A stretch of DNA of 64,000 nt from the human T2T-CHM13v2.0 reference genome, Homo sapiens. The stretch lies in the NCBI RefSeq assembly GCF_009914755.1, contig NC_060927.1; one strand, 5' to 3'. This document shows, piece after piece, positions 23,366-39,242 of the stretch; position 1 is the stretch's first letter, and every line of letters begins with the position of its first letter. The notes under the pieces were generated by a model. That model was not told where the DNA came from. It saw only the letters and a program-made list of their open reading frames with translations, and made no database searches. The translations under genes and the position numbers were made by a program.

Positions 23366-24628
23366 TAGCCAGGATGGTCTTCATCTCCTGACCTTGTGAT
23401 CCGCCCACCTCGGCCTCCCAAAGTGCTGGGATTACAGGCGTGAGCCACCATGCCTGACCCGAGATAAAAAGTTTAAATTGGAGAAATGGATGACAGTAGT
23501 CTTATTTTAGTCGCAGCGTTACATTTATTTCCGTATTCAGTTTTTGTCTCAGAGTATAGAGAAAATTCTTTCTCACAGTCAAATTGTATATGATAACAGA
23601 TTTTTTTCCTAGCAGTTCCTAGTACCATCTCAGTATTTTCAATTTCAGCTGATTCAGAAGCTATAGAGGATTAGCTGGACATTTTGTTTCCAAGTTGAAT
23701 TGACCATATCTAACAACTGCTCATGTTTCCTTTTCATAAAATCTACAAGTCAGACAAGAAGAGTCCAGAAGGTAATGTTATCATTGGTCATTTGTTACAC
23801 ATTCTGTTCACTTATTTATTATATCATCATGAGAGCATGCCTCAGCAGATGTGCCTAGTCTTAGCTAGCTAGCAGTTACTTGCATGTGACATGTGCACAT
23901 TACACATTATTATTCTTGTGAGACAGAAGCAGACCTGGATTATTTTTAAATGCCCAGTATAGAGCTTAATCCTCTTAAATGTGTTTATAAGAAGCTCAAA
24001 TATATGCCCACATGCAACAAGAAAAGCTTTATTCTAAAGGCTGCATAAAAAATGAATTATCTTGGCAGCACAAATGAACTCATTGTTGGTTTCTTCCTTT
24101 CTGCCCACCCCCTCCCCAAATTCCTCTCTTTTCTCTTCCTAGTCTTCCAGTTTTACACCAAAAGTCAAAGAGAGGGTTTTTTTTTTAAGTCCCTTAAGTG
24201 AGGATAAAATAAAAATAACTTTTCTTCAAGGATCCCCAGCCATTTTAGTGGGAGCCACCGTTATTCTTGAGATTACTTGGAAGGTAGGATAAGAATATAC
24301 AGATTATGAAGTCTGTAGAATGGATAAGTGAGGATGATGCTGGAGGGGGACTCATCTTTGTAGATAATCTCCTATGACTCTTGGCAAACTGTGGAAGACA
24401 GGTGCCTGATGAGGAAGTAGTATGGTACAAGGACAAGTTTAGGTATCTGCTGGGCTATATCCACCTCTGATTCTAGGTTCATGTGTAATTAGGTGTTTTT
24501 AGATTCCTATCTGCATTAAGGAAGAATAAATTAAGTTTATTTTTTTTTAAAGTTGTCTTTTTTATGTAACAGCCCAAGATTTTCTGAGGCTGTCTAAAAT
24601 TAATTGCAGACCAAATGGAGAAGGCTGA

Positions 24629-25018
<390 letters not shown>

Positions 25019-25207
25019 TCATTTATATTCTGAATTGTAGCAGGTAACGGATGAATATGAACAAACATTAAATGGCTTGATTCATGATGTTTATAAATTC
25101 TGGGGGTTTTAGAATATTTTTAAGATTAGTGATATAACAGCAGATAACAGCTGTAGGAAAAGTGTTCTCTCAGATGTGGGACTTCCATATGTAACATTAC
25201 ATAATGA

Positions 25208-25604
<397 letters not shown>

Positions 25605-25667
25605 TTATTTTTGTTTTAACTTTGAGTGAATACAAAATGAGTATTTTTGAGTTAGCATTTTATGTTC

Positions 25668-25702
25668 TTTTATTTTATTTTATTTTATTTTATTTTATTT
25701 TA
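25668..25702 (+). repeat. (TTTTA)7 pentanucleotide repeat in YEATS2 intron 1, probably the FAME4/BAFME4 locus (non-expanded, no TTTCA)
   Basis: TATGTTC-(TTTTA)7-TTTTTT-GAGACAGAG counted directly; it forms the tail of an antisense Alu (to ~25990); context agrees with my recollection of the FAME4 reference allele. Confidence 0.8.
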
Positions 25703-26169
25703 TTTTTTGAGACAGAGTCTCACCCTGTCTCCCAGGCTGGAGTGCAGTGGTACAATCTCGGCTCACTGCAACCTGCCTTCTGGGTTCAAGCGATTCTCAT
25801 GCCTCAGCGTCCTGAGTAGCTGGGATTACTGGCATGAGCCACCATGCCCAGCTAATTTTTTTGTATTTTTAGTAGAGACGAGGTTTCACCATGTTGGCCA
25901 GCCTGGTCTTGAACTCCTGACCTCAGGTGATCCACCTGCCTGAGCCTCCTAGAGTGGTGGGATTACAGGCGTGAGTTACCGCAGCCAGCCTAATTTTATT
26001 TTAAAACATGTTGTTACCTCAGTAATTCTGCCTCTGGCTAGGGAATCTTCCTTAGTGGTAGAACAGAGATTTGGAAATCAGAGAGCTATTCTGGTCTCTT
26101 TCATAGATTAACACTGTAAGGGATAATCTAACCACCCTGGACCTGTTTCCTTATCTTAATCAATAGATC

Positions 26170-27132
<963 letters not shown>

Positions 27133-27199
27133 TCTGGATGATATTTCTGAAACTGACTCATGAAATATGTATCATTGCTTAATGAAGCACTTTGGAAGA

Positions 27200-27957
<758 letters not shown>

Positions 27958-28643
27958 TGAGCCACCGTGCCCGGCCGGGATTTTTTTTTTAATGGGATTG
28001 TTTTATTCAAAGACTTGTGTATGTGGGGCTTGTTTACCGTATTGCAGACTTGTTAATTAGTTTAATATAAGTCTATAGATTTGTGTTTATTGTAATAATG
28101 ATCAGTAATAGTGATACCTGCTAAGTACCAGAGAAAGGATCTGTATAATCAATTATTTATTGAGCCTTTAACTATGTTGCTTATATTTTCTAATATGCTG
28201 AATGCTTAGTGAATTCTAAGACACTGTGTGGGCTAACCATGTTTTCATCAAAGTCTGGTTCCTTTCCTTTCCTTATGAGGGCTCTTCCATGAAAGCCAGG
28301 CTCCTTTTGAAAAGTCTGAACAATGTGCTACTTTGTTCAAGGATTTTTCTCTTGAAAGGGAAACCCATGCTTGTTAACAGATGATTATGATTTCTTTTTT
28401 TTTTTTGGTGGAAACTTTTAAACTTAGGCTTTTGGCCTTAAAAGAAATATGTATATGTGTGTATATACACATACCCACAGACTTGCAAGTACCAGTATTA
28501 ATGTAATATTTATTTATTTATTTTGTTTGTACACATATATTTGTAAGTACTGGTATGCAGTGTTACTACAACCCAACTATTTAACTGAATAATTAAAAAT
28601 TATTAATTTATCATTGCTTCACAGTGAAGAACTGAATGTCATC

Positions 28644-28743
28644 ATGTCTGGAATCAAGCGAACCATCAAAGAAACCGACCCTGATTACGAGGATGTATCT
28701 GTGGCCCTTCCAAATAAGCGGCATAAAGCAATTGAGAATTCAG
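28644..28743 (+). CDS. YEATS2: YEATS2 exon 2, coding part (exon starts 28625); aa 1-33 MSGIKRTIKETDPDYEDVSVALPNKRHKAIENS
   Basis: Acceptor ttcacag at 28624, ATG at 28644 (A at -3), donor CAG|gtagaa; matches the YEATS2 N-terminus. Confidence 0.97.
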
Positions 28744-29405
28744 GTAGAAATCCTGCCTTAGGAAATTATTTCTTTATTGACATATGCCTCCGCTAGAAAA
28801 CTTACAGGAACTAGAATGAAATGAATTTCCACTGTTATGTATAATTTGAAGGGGTTCGTGAGAGAGATTAGCTAAGGGATCTGTTTAATAGTAATACACC
28901 ATGTGTGCTGTAAAAAGTGGAAGAAGATCTGGCAGGAACATGATCAAGCAGACAGTGAAAGCGAGACAAACTGTGAGTTTTAGCGATCACTGTATGTTAG
29001 GTGTAATCATAAAGTCTATGATATGTATAAAGGTGTGCTATAATCGTGAGATGGTCATAGATGGTACATGGATTAAGGTTTTTAATTTTAATAGGTAACA
29101 TTTTAATGTATATAGAAAAAAGAATGATCTCATCAAACTTGTAGTTCCATAGCTACAAGGATAAAGCTAAAATTATTTTTAAATGCTTGTTAATTAAATG
29201 TGTCATATGGTTCTCAGATGTGGTAGCTATCTTGAAGGCATATGAATGGTAGAAGATTAGGAAACATCGATCTAGTTCAACCCTTGTACTTAGCTAATAG
29301 TAGATAAATTAAGGTTCAGAGACATCAGATTACTTACCTAACATATATAAGTAGTTGAAGAGCAAATCATCAACTGGGTGTCTGTTGTTCCTCAGAATGT
29401 CTTAA

Positions 29406-29645
<240 letters not shown>

Positions 29646-30306
29646 TAGCCAGGATGGTCTCCATCTCCTGACCTCGTGATCCACCCGCCTCGGCGTCCCA
29701 AAGTGCTGGGATTACAGACGTGAGCCACCGCGCCCGGCAACACTAAATTTACATTATTAAAACAAATTATTACTGAACTTCATTAATGTTTATTTAAATA
29801 ATCTACCTAAGTTAATACTTTTAACAGGGTAAAGAAGGCGTCAGTCATAGCTCAGATGTTGCAGTTCCACATAGGATCCGTAGAGTGGAAATGGTGAAGA
29901 AAATTCCTATTTCTGTAAGAGCAGTGAAGTCCTACGTATCCCCAGAAAATCTGTATAGAAGGAAAATTGTTAAATCCAATCCCAAATAGTGAAAACATTT
30001 TGCTGCAACTTTCCCTCCTCATTCAGCTGTAATTTTAGAGGAAATACCGTTTCCTTTCAATTACAAGCCAAATAAATGTTAGAGTGTTATGTAACTTAAT
30101 TCATTACCCAAGAGCTTCACATGGCATAACTTTTTAAAATAAAAACAAGAACAGGGAAAAGTGATTGTTTTAATAACACTGAAACTCAGTTTAAATTGAA
30201 TGTAAGTTCCAAAATACCCCCTTTCAAGCAGGGGCAGTTTTTTGTTTGTTACTGAGTGACAATCTGCTATTCTTTTTCTTGGTGTCCATGCTCTACCTAA
30301 TGCTAA

Positions 30307-30632
<326 letters not shown>

Positions 30633-31131
30633 TAGAGTGCTGGGATTACGGGTGCGAGCCACCATGCCTGGCCCCCAGTGTTGTATTTTATAGCTATTTC
30701 CCTCCCCGCAGGATCCAGTCCAGGACATACAGGGCATTTAGCTGTCATATCTCTTTAGTCTCTCTCAGTCTCCTCAACCCTTTCCTTGTCTTTCTTTCTT
30801 GTCTTTAATATTTAAATAGAATAGGCCAATAATTTTATAGAATGTCTTTCAGTTTGAGTTTGTCTAATCTTTCCTTGTGAGTAGATTCAGCATTTTTGAC
30901 AGGAATACCATAGAATGGTGTCTTTTTAGGGCATGATACTAGAAAGTACACGAGATCACTTTACACCAATATTAGTGGTTTCAGTTTTTCATCACTTGGT
31001 TAAGGTGATGTCCACTAGGTTTCTCCACTTTAGAGTTACTATTTCTTGGATTTCTTTTGTTGCTTGCTGACTTAAATAAAGACAGTCACTGATTAATTAG
31101 GCCTTGGATGTATTTTATGTTCTTTGTACAG

Positions 31132-31229
31132 CTCGAGATGCTGCTGTGCAGAAGATTGAGACTATTATCAAAGAACAGTTTGCTCTTGAAATGAAGAATA
31201 AGGAACATGAAATTGAAGTCATTGACCAG
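31132..31229 (+). CDS. YEATS2: YEATS2 exon 3 (ARDAAVQKIETIIKEQFALEMKNKEHEIEVIDQ)
   Basis: tttgtacag acceptor, CAG|gtataa donor; 98 nt restores frame after the 100-nt coding part of exon 2. Confidence 0.97.
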
Positions 31230-31465
31230 GTATAATGATGATAAATTGAAATAAACACCAAAGCTATTGAAAAAAATGTATACATGATTGAAAAATAATC
31301 TATTGAGATGGAGTCACAGTTTGCTTTATCCTCCTCTTTGCTTTTTTTTTTTTTTTTTTTAAATAGCTTTCATGTTTTGGGGAGAGAAAATGCTATTTTT
31401 TAAATAATGCAATTGCAGAAAGGATTGAAGAAATATTACCTGGAATTCCATTCAAAAAGATAATC

Positions 31466-31699
31466 TTCTGATAGCACAGCAGGGTGACTACAGTCAACAA
31501 TAATTTATTGTACATTTAAAAATAATTAAAAGAGTAAAATTGGATTGTTTGTAACATAGAGAAAGGATAAATGCTTGAGGTAATGAGTATCCCATTTACC
31601 CGGATGTGATTATTATGCATTGTATGCCTCTATCAGAATATCTTACGTGTCCCATAAACATGTGCACTGTGTACCCACAACAGTTAAAAAGTGTTTTTA
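31466..31699 (+). mobile_element. 5'-truncated L1MA-type 3' end with TSD
   Basis: cagggtgactacagtcaacaataatttattgtacattt...gatgtgattattatgcattgtatgcct; TSD AAAAAGATAATC at 31454-31465 and 31700-31711. Confidence 0.85.
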
Positions 31700-31981
31700 A
31701 AAAAGATAATCCCTCTTTGCTCTTGTGTTCAGTGTCTTTGTGGATTTTTCTCAGTGAATATACACATAAATGTACATATTCATTGCAACACTTTTGTCTT
31801 TCTCTTAAATCTTTGCGAATCTGATGGGTGGAAAAGGTCACTTTTATTTGTTTTTCTTTTGATTGTTAGAGAAGTTGAGCTTTTTTTTTTCACTCATTCA
31901 CGTTTCTTATTTTGTGAATTGTTTGTACATCTCTTTTATAATTGCCGTTTTTTAAAGTAATGAGTTAACATTTGTTTTTAG

Positions 31982-32074
31982 CGACTGATTGAAGCAAGAA
32001 GGATGATGGATAAACTGCGTGCCTGCATTGTAGCAAACTACTATGCTTCTGCAGGTCTTCTAAAAGTTTCTGAG
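31982..32074 (+). CDS. YEATS2: YEATS2 exon 4 (RLIEARRMMDKLRACIVANYYASAGLLKVSE)
   Basis: tgtttttag acceptor, GAG|gtaagc donor; 93 nt, in frame. Confidence 0.97.
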
Positions 32075-32303
32075 GTAAGCATTCCTCATACCCAGTCATT
32101 TTCCAGCCACTCATATTTGTTGTCTGAGGGGAAGTTATGTCAATATGGAATCCCTGCATCTGAAACATTTCTTTCTGTTTGTTTTTTGGTTTTTTTTTGA
32201 GACGGAGTCTCGCTGTGTCACCCAGGCTGGAGTGCAGTGGCACTTGGCTCACTGCAACCTCTGCCTCCCAAGTTCAGGCGATTCTCCTGCCTCAGCCTCC
32301 TGA

Positions 32304-32516
<213 letters not shown>

Positions 32517-34154
32517 TAGCCTACTTCCTGGGAATATACATAGACTATACATAGACTTATCAGTCATTGTGTTCAACCATAGTCCTTCAGTTGTGACTTT
32601 CCGCATTGTCAATAATCCTAAGTAATATTTTTTCCTTTTTTTTTTTTTTGTTTGTTTTTTTGAGACAGAGTTTCGCTCTTGTTGCCCAGGCTAGAGTGCA
32701 GTGGCCTCCCAGGTTCAAGTGATTCTTCTGCCTCAGCCTCCCAAGTAGCTGGGATTACAGGCATGCGCCACCATGCCTGGCTAATTTTTTTGTACTTTAC
32801 TAGAGACGGGGTTTCTCCATGTTGGTCAGGCTGGTCTTGAACTCCCAACTTCATGTGATCTGCCTGCCTTGGCCTCCCAAAGTGCTGGGATTACAGGCGT
32901 GAGCCACCGGGCCCAGCCTTTCATTTTTACGTAATTCTTTTCCTCCTAATTGTTAGCATTATGCTAGGCTTTGCAGATACAAAGATGATTGAGACCTCAT
33001 TGAACTGGCCCTAGTGCCTCACTTGATTGTGGCCCACTTTGGAGTAATTTATAAATTGATTGAGTTTTCTTTGACCTTTTAGTCTAGTGAATGGCAATTT
33101 TTAGTTTCAGATTTACCCTGTTTAATGAGCCCTGAGTTCTACTTTTTGTTTTCTTTCTTTTTTTTTTAAAAGAGACATGGTATGTGGCCAGGCTGGAATG
33201 CAGTGGCTATTCACAAGCACGATCATAGCTTCACTTATAGCCTCCAACTCCACATAGCCTCCACCTTCACATAGCCTCCAACTCCTGGGCTCAAGCAGTC
33301 TTCCTGCCTCAGCCTCCTGAGTAGCTAGGACTGCAGCTTTGTTTCTCTAGTTTTTTAAGATTTAAAATGGTCCTCCTACCTTTTTCCCTCCATGATCCTG
33401 ACTTTTCGGAGAAACCAGGCCATTTATGAATATCTCACATTTTGGATTTATGTTTTCCTTGGATTACTTTTTCATCCTGTTTTCTTGTAAACTGGAAGTT
33501 AAGTCTAAAGGCTTGGTTATTATATATATTATATATAGATTTGGGTTAAATATTTCTGGCAAGAATACTTCGTAGTGATGCTGTGTACTTGATATTCTAG
33601 CATATCAGCAGGCACCTAGTTCCAGGTTGTCCTGCTGGTGATACTAAGTTTGACCACTTGGTTAATGTGATCACCACTAGATTATTCCAATTATAAAGGA
33701 ATGTTTTTTCCCAATTTAGTTTTTGACATGTAAATGAAAAATATCTGCTCTTTTATCCTAGTAATCTGTCTAAATTCAGGCATAGGGGTTAGGATTGACC
33801 TGAAATAGGAGTATTTCTTCCTATTTGATATTTTGATAATTTCAGCATAACTTTCGTTTTTTTCTCTTTTTACTTTCTTTTTCCTAAGTGTTTTCAGCTG
33901 GAATTAGTCTCAGCTGAATCACCTCTGGAGCAGTGCTGGCTCACTGGGAACCAGGGAAGGGCTGGAGGGTAACAGTAAATGGTGCTTGTCATGTTTAGGC
34001 CTTCATGTTACCCTTGGTGCTCTAGGGACTCCTGGTATTGGTGCTGCTCCTGATGCTGTCTTATAGAAACTAGAGCATTATTTGAGTTGAATTTTAAACG
34101 GTAGACAGGTGCTTCTTTTAGTGTGGCACAGTTTCCCAGATGCATGTTAGAATC

Positions 34155-34510
34155 GTATTCATTTTCCTAGGGCTACCATAACAAATTACCTACCATAAGC
34201 TTCGTGATGTAAAAGGACGGGTTTATTATCTCACTATTATGAAGTCTAGAAGTCCAAAATCAAGGTGTCAACAGGGCAGTGCTCCCTCCTAAGGCTCCGG
34301 GGAAGAATCTTTCCTTGCCTCTTCCTAGCTTCTTGAGGTTGCTGCCAATCCTTAGTATTTCCCGGCTGTAATTTCTGCCTGTCAATGATGTGGCTGTTTT
34401 CCCTCTGTGTGTGTCTTCTCTGTGTGTCTGTGTCCAAGTTTCCCTCTTCTTATAAGCGAGGAGGACTTCATTGACTTCACCTTAACTTGATTACATGAGC
34501 AATGATTCTG
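34155..34510. mobile_element. MLT1-family MaLR LTR
   Basis: ttcctagggctaccataacaaattacc...tagaagtccaaaatcaaggtgtcaacagggc...cttgcctcttcctagcttc. Confidence 0.8.
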
Positions 34511-35372
34511 TCTTTGAATTGTTAGCAGTTCTGATCTGTGCTATTTGATAGTCTGGAAATATGCTGATTTTATCCTCTTATGTTTTGATTAGGATTTATT
34601 CAGGGATATTTAGGTATGCTTTTGTCTCGTGATCAACCATTTAATTATTTTTAGTTTTCAGTGGCAAAACATTTATAGCTCTGAAAAACCTTTATTATTG
34701 AAATTCAAGAACTTTGTTGCTTTGAAAGACTAGCTTCTACCTCCTTTTTTCTCTCTAGAACCATTAGTTTAATAACACAGTTTTTAAAAGCTAGGCTTCC
34801 TAGGAACATAACTACAGTGTTATCACATAATAACAGAATACACTGTATTTTGTATGCAAGTAACTAAGACACAGAAAAATTCCATAGATGTCTATACTGA
34901 ACTGAAGGCAAACTTAATACAATCAGTATTAGTCATTCAAAAATATTCTCTATTACATTTTACTCTTATGTGGGGACCATTTTATATATACAGCTTTTTA
35001 TTTGTATTTTTATATTTCTTTCAGGGATATTTTATTTAGAGCAGTTGATATGTTTGTGTAAAGCAATGTGAGACTTTTAAAGTCAGATTTTATTTTCTGT
35101 GTTAACATATATTATTTCTCATTTACCTCCGGAAGACCCTACATCTCTAGCTGTTAGTGTTAGAAACTTTACATAATTATTCATCATTCTAGTTTTTGTT
35201 TGGTTGGTTCAGGCTGTGCTAAGGGGTTGGGATATCATTTTATGGATGTGGGGAGATTTTGAAAGATTTTAAGCATGATCCTGTAATAGATAAGGTTTTG
35301 GAGAGATCAGATTTTTGCCTGCTTTTGATGGATTTGATTAAAAATTTATTTGCTTGCTTTCATTTTTTGTAG

Positions 35373-35618
35373 GGATCAAAGACATGTGATACAATGGTTT
35401 TTAATCATCCTGCTATCAAGAAATTTTTGGAATCACCATCTAGGTCATCATCTCCTGCCAATCAGAGAGCAGAAACACCATCAGCCAATCATTCAGAAAG
35501 TGATTCTTTATCTCAGCACAATGACTTCTTATCTGACAAAGATAATAACAGCAATATGGATATAGAGGAAAGACTCTCAAACAACATGGAGCAGAGACCA
35601 AGCCGAAATACTGGAAGG
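35373..35618 (+). CDS. YEATS2: YEATS2 exon 5 (GSKTCDTMVFNHPAIKKFLESPSRSSSP...RPSRNTGR), Ser/Asn-rich linker
   Basis: tttttgtag acceptor, AGG|gtatat donor; 246 nt, in frame. Confidence 0.96.
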
Positions 35619-35746
35619 GTATATAGATGGGTGGATGTGGGAGGGAGCCACAGGAGAAGGGAACTAGTATTTACTAAAGTATGCGCTTGTTATCTCACTG
35701 AACTGTCACAGGAATCTTAGGAAATAGGTTTGTTTTCCTTTTATAA

Positions 35747-35887
<141 letters not shown>

Positions 35888-36047
35888 TGAGTAGCTGAGA
35901 CCACAGGTGTGTGCCACCACGCCCGGCTAATTTTTTTATATTTTTAGTAGAGACGGGATTTCACCGTGTTAGCCAGGATGGTCTCGATCTCCTGACCTCG
36001 TGATCTTCCCGCCTCGGCCTCCCAAAGTGCTGGGATTATAGGCGTGA

Positions 36048-36407
<360 letters not shown>

Positions 36408-37250
36408 TGAGCCACCGCGCCCGACTTAAACCTGAGTGTTTCTAATTTTACAGCCTGGAGATTCTGTGCACAGCACAGCTCCTGGATGCTGTTTACGTAG
36501 GTGTGAAAGAAACCTTCTAGCTCGGCAATTCCGTGATCTTGCTCAAGGTCTTTCAACTCTGTCGTGTTTATTCTCTCGAGAGCAGCCGTTCTTCAACGGT
36601 TTCCTCTGTGAGACTTTATATTCTAAGATGCTTTAGTACTTTAGTAGATGGAGGAAATTTGACAAATAAACAGAATTGAAAAACATTGCTCTTTGATCAT
36701 GCCAGTTTGTAATTTGAGCTCCCATCTCAAGCTACTCTGAACTTCTTGAAAAATATTTGGCTATAGAGTCATTATTGGATTAGAGCAGCGATTTTTCTCA
36801 GCCAGGTGTTGACTGTGATACAGAAAATTTCCAAGTTACTTTCCACATACTTAGATGTCAAGGGTTTGATTTATTTTTGATAAAAATATGTTTGTATTTA
36901 TTTTTCAGATTATAAATTCATATGTGTTCATTTTTTGAAAATTGTTAAATACAGAAAAGTAAAAAAGAATAGAAAAGTTCATTCGTGAGGCTGCCACCCC
37001 CAAAATCAGAACTCTTCACTGTTTGGATTTACCTTACCTTTCCAGTATTATTCCTGAGCAAATATTACATGTGTTTTTCTTTTTTTTAGTTAAAAAGAAT
37101 TTAGGAGGCTGGGCGTGGTGGCTCACGCCTGTAATCCCAGCACTTTGGGAGCCCAAGTGGGGGATCACCAGAGGTCAGGAGTTTGAGACCAGCCTGACTA
37201 ACATGGTGAAACTCCATTTCTACTAAAAATACAAAAATTACCTGGGCTTA

Positions 37251-37412
<162 letters not shown>

Positions 37413-37893
37413 TCATAGAAACTTAACATGTTTTATACAATATGTGATCATTTCTATATGTATTTATATAGCAAACATTTAGCATTTACTATGTACCAGG
37501 CACTTATTTCTCATTGAACAGTTTTGAATATTATAAAAGGTTAAAAAGAGGGTAAATTCCATTGACCCCTTTCTCTCTTTCTATTCCTGTTTCCCAGAAG
37601 TAACCACTGTAATAGTTTTTTGTGTATCCTTCCAAATCCTATTTGCATATTCAAAGCAGATGTATGTGACTATTAAAAACACACCGGGAGTTACAGTATA
37701 TAAACTTTGTATAAATTAAGGCAGCATTTATAGTAACTTTTTTAATGCTTTGAGAGGTGCTACAAAGCCAGAAAATTTTGTAATTTTTTAAAAAAACTTA
37801 GTTATTCCATTTATACTTTTTACAATTTTGTGGTTTCTGTCCTATTGAAAGTTGTTCAAAATGAGAATGGATGTTGATTATGATTTTTTTCAG

Positions 37894-38006
37894 GATACTT
37901 CTAGAATTACTGGCTCCCATAAAACAGAACAGCGGAATGCTGATCTCACAGATGAGACTTCACGACTTTTTGTAAAGAAAACAATAGTAGTGGGCAATGT
38001 GTCCAA
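37894..38006 (+). CDS. YEATS2: YEATS2 exon 6 (DTSRITGSHKTEQRNADLTDETSRLFVKKTIVVGNVSK), start of the YEATS domain
   Basis: tttttcag acceptor, CAA|gtgagt donor; 113 nt; IVVGN is the typical YEATS N-terminal motif. Confidence 0.97.
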
Positions 38007-38878
38007 GTGAGTATCCAGTTGAATTTATTTTTATTTGTCCATTTGTGTTAATATTTTGGCATTAATACTCTTACAGTGTTACAGTAGGAAGCAGCCTCAG
38101 GGATTCTTTTTCCCAAGCCCTTAGTTGTTTAAAAAGTAAACCACAGTCTAGAGACTTTATTAGGGTAATTTTGCTCCTTAGTGAGCAAAGTCAGAATTTG
38201 AATCTAGGTCTCCTATTTTTCTTTTCCTTTTTTTGAGACAGAGTTTCGCTCTTGTTGTCCAGACCAGAATGCAATGGCATGATCTTGGTTCACCGCAACC
38301 TCCCCCCGCCCGGGTTCAAGCGATTCTCCTGCCTTAGCCTACCGAGTAGCTGGGATTGCAGGCATATGCCACCACGCCTGGCTAATTTTGTATTTTTAGT
38401 AGAGACGGGGTTTCTCCATGTTGGTCAGGCTGGTCTTGAACTCCCGACCTCAGGTGATCCATCCACCTTGGCCTCTCAAAGTGCTGGAATTACAGGTGTG
38501 AGCCACCGTGCCGGCCTTTTTTTTTTTTTTTTTTTTTTTTATCGTTTTATTAGTCTTTTTATACAAATAGCCAGGGGACCTAGGTATCCTATTTTTCATT
38601 TGGATATTATTTTCTCTGTACTGCCTCTATACTGTGACATTTTGCCTTGCCTTGCACAGTATCCACAAAGGATAAATAAGGGGAAGATGTTTGTTCCAAA
38701 ATATTGCTAGAGAAGAGGCAGTATAATAACCCCTACCCTTGCTTGTGCAGTTTGTAGAATATGCTAATTGTTAGGTATTTGAAAGCCAGTAGAGAATGGT
38801 AAATCCTCAGATACTGCCCTCAGCTCGAATGTTCAAATCTTCATTTTGTCTCTCCATTTACATTCCTGCATTTGCCAT

Positions 38879-39242
38879 TGTATTAGTCTGTTTTCACACT
38901 GCTAATATAGACATACTCGAGACTGGGTAATTTATAAAGGAAAGAGGTTTGATTGACTCACAGTGCCACATGGCTAGGGAGGCCTCACAATCCTGGCGGA
39001 AGGCAAGGGAGAAACAAAGCCATGTCTTAAGTGGAGGCAGGCAAGAGAGCTTGTGTAGGAGAACTACCCCTTATAAAACTGTCAGATCTTGTGAGACTGA
39101 TTTATTATCACGAGAACAGCATGGGAAAGACTCACCCCCATGATTCAATTACCTCCCACTGGGTCCCTTCCAGGACGTGTGGGAATTCTGCAAGCTACAA
39201 TTGAAGATGAGATTTGGGTGGGGACACAGCCAAACCATATCG
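38879..39242 (-). mobile_element. THE1 (MaLR) solo LTR, antisense
   Basis: tgtattagtctgttttcacactgct...gggacacagccaaaccatatc; TSD GCCAT at 38874-38878 and 39243-39247. Confidence 0.9.

Noticed and set aside
38038-38160. Duplicated intronic segments as H/ACA or C/D snoRNAs
   Set aside because: No convincing two-hairpin H/ACA layout or terminal C/D boxes by eye; kept only as duplications pending an Infernal search.
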